64,000 bases of DNA from contig JBDRFJ010000166.1 of assembly GCA_043818915.1 (NCBI GenBank), positions 37,641-101,640 on the forward strand, read 5' to 3'. The notes under the pieces were generated by a model. It was not told the DNA's origin. It saw only the letters and a program-made list of their open reading frames with translations, and did not search any database. Origin of the DNA: Pseudomonadota bacterium (GTDB taxonomy: Bacteria > Desulfobacterota > Desulfobacteria > Desulfobacterales > C00003106). Position 1 is the stretch's first letter. Each line of letters opens with the position of its first letter. This document shows, one piece after another, positions 61,840 to 64,000 of the stretch. The translations under genes and the position numbers were made by a program.

Positions 61840-62793
61840 ATGGGGATCAACAAATTCTTATTTCGCATGCTCAACTCCGTGATGAAAACCATAGCACCGT
61901 TTATCGGCCCGTCAAAGTGGTGGGCAAAGGAACGCAAGAACCTCATAGCGTTGGCGATTTGTGTTATCCTTTTTTGTGCCGGCTTTGTCATGCACGGCAA
62001 TGTGGGGCTATATTTCAATATCGCGGCATTGCTGATTGTTGTTGGGGGCACAGTAGGTGCGGCCCTCATCTGCTTTCAAATGGAGCGCCTCATCATTGTG
62101 CACAAGGTTTTGACGAGTTCATACCGCACTCGCGTAAAGGATCCGGCTCAAATCGTCGAGATATTAGTTGATCTGTCTGTTAAAAGGAGACTAAAAGGGC
62201 TTCTCTCCCTTGAAGAAGATGAGGAGACGACTTCTGTCACGTTCTTGCGGCGCGCCTTGGGATTCTTGGTTGACGGCTACACAAGCGACCAGATCAGAGA
62301 TTTTCTTAATACGGAGATGTATTTCTTCAAAGTCCGACGGGATGAATCAGAGACAGTGCTCAGGACCATGGCGGAAATTGCTCCCGCCTTTGGCTTGGTG
62401 GGCAGCGTGGTTGGGCTGATCGGTCTGGTTGCCGGCATCGGGGACTCTTCAGTCATATTGGCTACGGTTCCGGTTGCCCTCATTTCTACCTTGTACGGTG
62501 TTATTCTGGCGAATTTCGTCTTTTTGCCTTTTGCGGCAAACATCAGGGAGAGAACGGACCGCGAACTGCTTCTCCAGAAAATCATTACAGACGGAGTACT
62601 TGCTATTGAGAGCGAGGTCAAGCCGAGGGTATTAGAGATGAAGCTGAAGTCTTTCCTGACTCCTTCCTCACGGCAAGGGCGGATCGTGTCCTTGAAGAGA
62701 ATCCAGGAAAAGTTCAACATTCAACACCAATCGGCCAAGCCAATGCCCGCAAAGGTCTCAAAGCAGCCCTTGCTCCAGGATTCAGCGTCATAA
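61840..62793 (+). CDS. motA: MotA/TolQ/ExbB-family proton-channel protein
   Basis: AEIAPAFGLVGSVVGLI and ALISTLYGVILANFVFLPFA helices. It starts 3 nt after the motB-like stop. Confidence 0.75.
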   Translation: MGINKFLFRMLNSVMKTIAPFIGPSKWWAKERKNLIALAICVILFCAGFVMHGNVGLYFNIAALLIVVGGTVGAALICFQMERLIIVHKVLTSSYRTRVKDPAQIVEILVDLSVKRRLKGLLSLEEDEETTSVTFLRRALGFLVDGYTSDQIRDFLNTEMYFFKVRRDESETVLRTMAEIAPAFGLVGSVVGLIGLVAGIGDSSVILATVPVALISTLYGVILANFVFLPFAANIRERTDRELLLQKIITDGVLAIESEVKPRVLEMKLKSFLTPSSRQGRIVSLKRIQEKFNIQHQSAKPMPAKVSKQPLLQDSAS

Positions 62794-62864
62794 ACGCCTA
62801 TGGTCTTATACAAATTCTTGTTGTGGCCGAGGCGGCCTCATTCCTTTGCGCCGCGCGTACATGC

Positions 62865-63347
62865 CTACTCATATTGTACGGCCCGTCCTATATACCCGGA
62901 GTAATCTTTGAGAATCGGCTCATACTTGTCATTTAAGAGAGGTGATGAAATCATGAAATCTGCTGTGGAACGATTACATGCGGTCGGGATATTGTATAAA
63001 ACGGATATCCTCAAGAGCGCTTTCACATCAACATCATGAGGTTGCGGTTGCATGGGATCCCACAAGAATATCACTAAATCAACCTTTCCCTCCGCTATCA
63101 GGGCTCCCAACTGTTGATCCCCACCTAACGGACCCGATTTCAGTTTCACGACTTCAAAATGGCGTGCATTTTCCTCATTTAGCCTTTTTCTAATAGCTTC
63201 TTCAACTAATCGACCAGTTGTTCCTGTAGATATCAATTTGTGATCTATTAATACCTTATAATTCCATTCTGCCCACTCGATTAAATCTCTTTTCCTGTTG
63301 TCGTGAGCCACCAAGGCTATACGTTTGGTTTCTTCCATCACGCTCAC
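62865..63347 (-). CDS. mgsA: methylglyoxal synthase
   Basis: IALVAHDNRKRDL, LISTGTTG, SGPLGGDQQLGALI, WDPMQPQPHDVDVKALLR. Confidence 0.93.
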   Translation of the reverse strand: MSVMEETKRIALVAHDNRKRDLIEWAEWNYKVLIDHKLISTGTTGRLVEEAIRKRLNEENARHFEVVKLKSGPLGGDQQLGALIAEGKVDLVIFLWDPMQPQPHDVDVKALLRISVLYNIPTACNRSTADFMISSPLLNDKYEPILKDYSGYIGRAVQYE

Positions 63348-63535
63348 TCCTTTCAGCGTAAAGAACTGCCTGTTATTGCTGCAAGTATATTCATAAATGT
63401 CTCTGTCCGATAAGGAAGAAGAACAAGAAAGTGGAAGAAAATAGGGTGGTGTGGGGGCCGGGGGAGAAAAACCCCCGGCTACCCGATTAGGCGAAATTTT
63501 ATATGATCATAGTTAGATATGTTGAATGTCGATGA

Positions 63536-63913
63536 TTAGAAGCTACGGCCACCCCTTGGTCCTCCTCTGCCACCACCTTGTCCTCCTCTGCCACCACCTT
63601 GTCCTCCTCTGCCACCGCCGTATCCTCCTCGGCCACCACCTGGTCCTCCTCTGCCGCCACCGCGACTTTCGGTGCGAGGGCGAGCCTCATTCACGTTAAG
63701 CGCTCTTCCTTTTAGGTCTTTGCCATTTAGGCCATCGATTGCGGACTGCCCTTCAGCTTTAGAGGCCATCTCCACGAATCCAAATCCTTTTGATTGACCA
63801 CTATACTTGTCTTTTATAATGGTGACGGATTCAACCTGCCCGAATTCTTCTAAAGCCAGCCGTAAGTCCTCTTCGGTGACCTCGTACGACAAATTTCCTA
63901 CATAGATCTTCAT
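63536..63913 (-). CDS. RRM-type RNA-binding protein with Arg/Gly-rich tail
   Basis: RNP motifs KIYVGNLSY and KGFGFVEM, with a C-terminal (GGRGG)n tail. ATG 63913 follows AAGGAG; the ORF-track start is 63949. Confidence 0.9.
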   Translation of the reverse strand: MKIYVGNLSYEVTEEDLRLALEEFGQVESVTIIKDKYSGQSKGFGFVEMASKAEGQSAIDGLNGKDLKGRALNVNEARPRTESRGGGRGGPGGGRGGYGGGRGGQGGGRGGQGGGRGGPRGGRSF

Positions 63914-64000
63914 TCTAATCTCCTTTTGTAATAAATTATAAATTTTCACATCACAACTAACATAATATTATACTGAGCGCTTGTATAGTCAATAAACATA

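Noticed and set aside
61040-62793. motB/motA-like pair considered as a Zorya-type defence core (ZorAB)
   Set aside because: The MotA-like protein is of ordinary length (317 aa) and lacks the long C-terminal tail expected of ZorA. No ZorC/D-like genes follow; the next gene is mgsA on the opposite strand.

Overview
This 64-kb chromosomal segment reads like an anaerobic, sulfate-reducer-type Desulfobacterota (deltaproteobacterial) genome.

The left part (1 to about 25.6 kb) is an energy-conservation block:
- a Mrp/Mbh-type membrane module with no catalytic partner genes (MrpF, MrpG, MbhD-like, MbhE-like, MrpC and three NuoL/M/N-type subunits), preceded by a sigma-54 activator-like gene whose catalytic motifs are degenerate;
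- a complete rnfCDGEAB operon;
- Usp and RseC-like genes, an ArsB/NhaD-type permease with a His-rich N-terminus, and ApbE;
- two paralogous, divergently arranged Tmc-like redox modules (tetrahaem cytochrome c3, HdrD/DsrK-like CCG protein, NarI-like cytochrome b, Trp-rich repeat protein).

The rest is mostly housekeeping: leuS-lptE, rpsT, murJ, an Mla-like transporter, ftsB, aroQ, efp, hemB, mtaB, mnmA, tRNA-His, tRNA-Arg, glnS, a motB/motA-like stator, mgsA and an RRM protein. It is interrupted by a rhomboid/TPR gene pair, a J-domain-MinD/ParA fusion, a ClpX paralogue, and a roughly 3-kb accessory islet between ftsB and aroQ. The islet holds a 5'-truncated RHS fragment, a small membrane protein, and an XRE-antitoxin-RelE/ParE cassette bracketed by about 70-bp direct repeats.

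Intergenic DNA is unusually rich in short-period palindromic repeat elements. I count at least six families, several present 2-5 times in the window. I recognised no rRNA gene, CRISPR array, transposase or integrase. All calls come from reading the sequence and the ORF translations; no database search was run.
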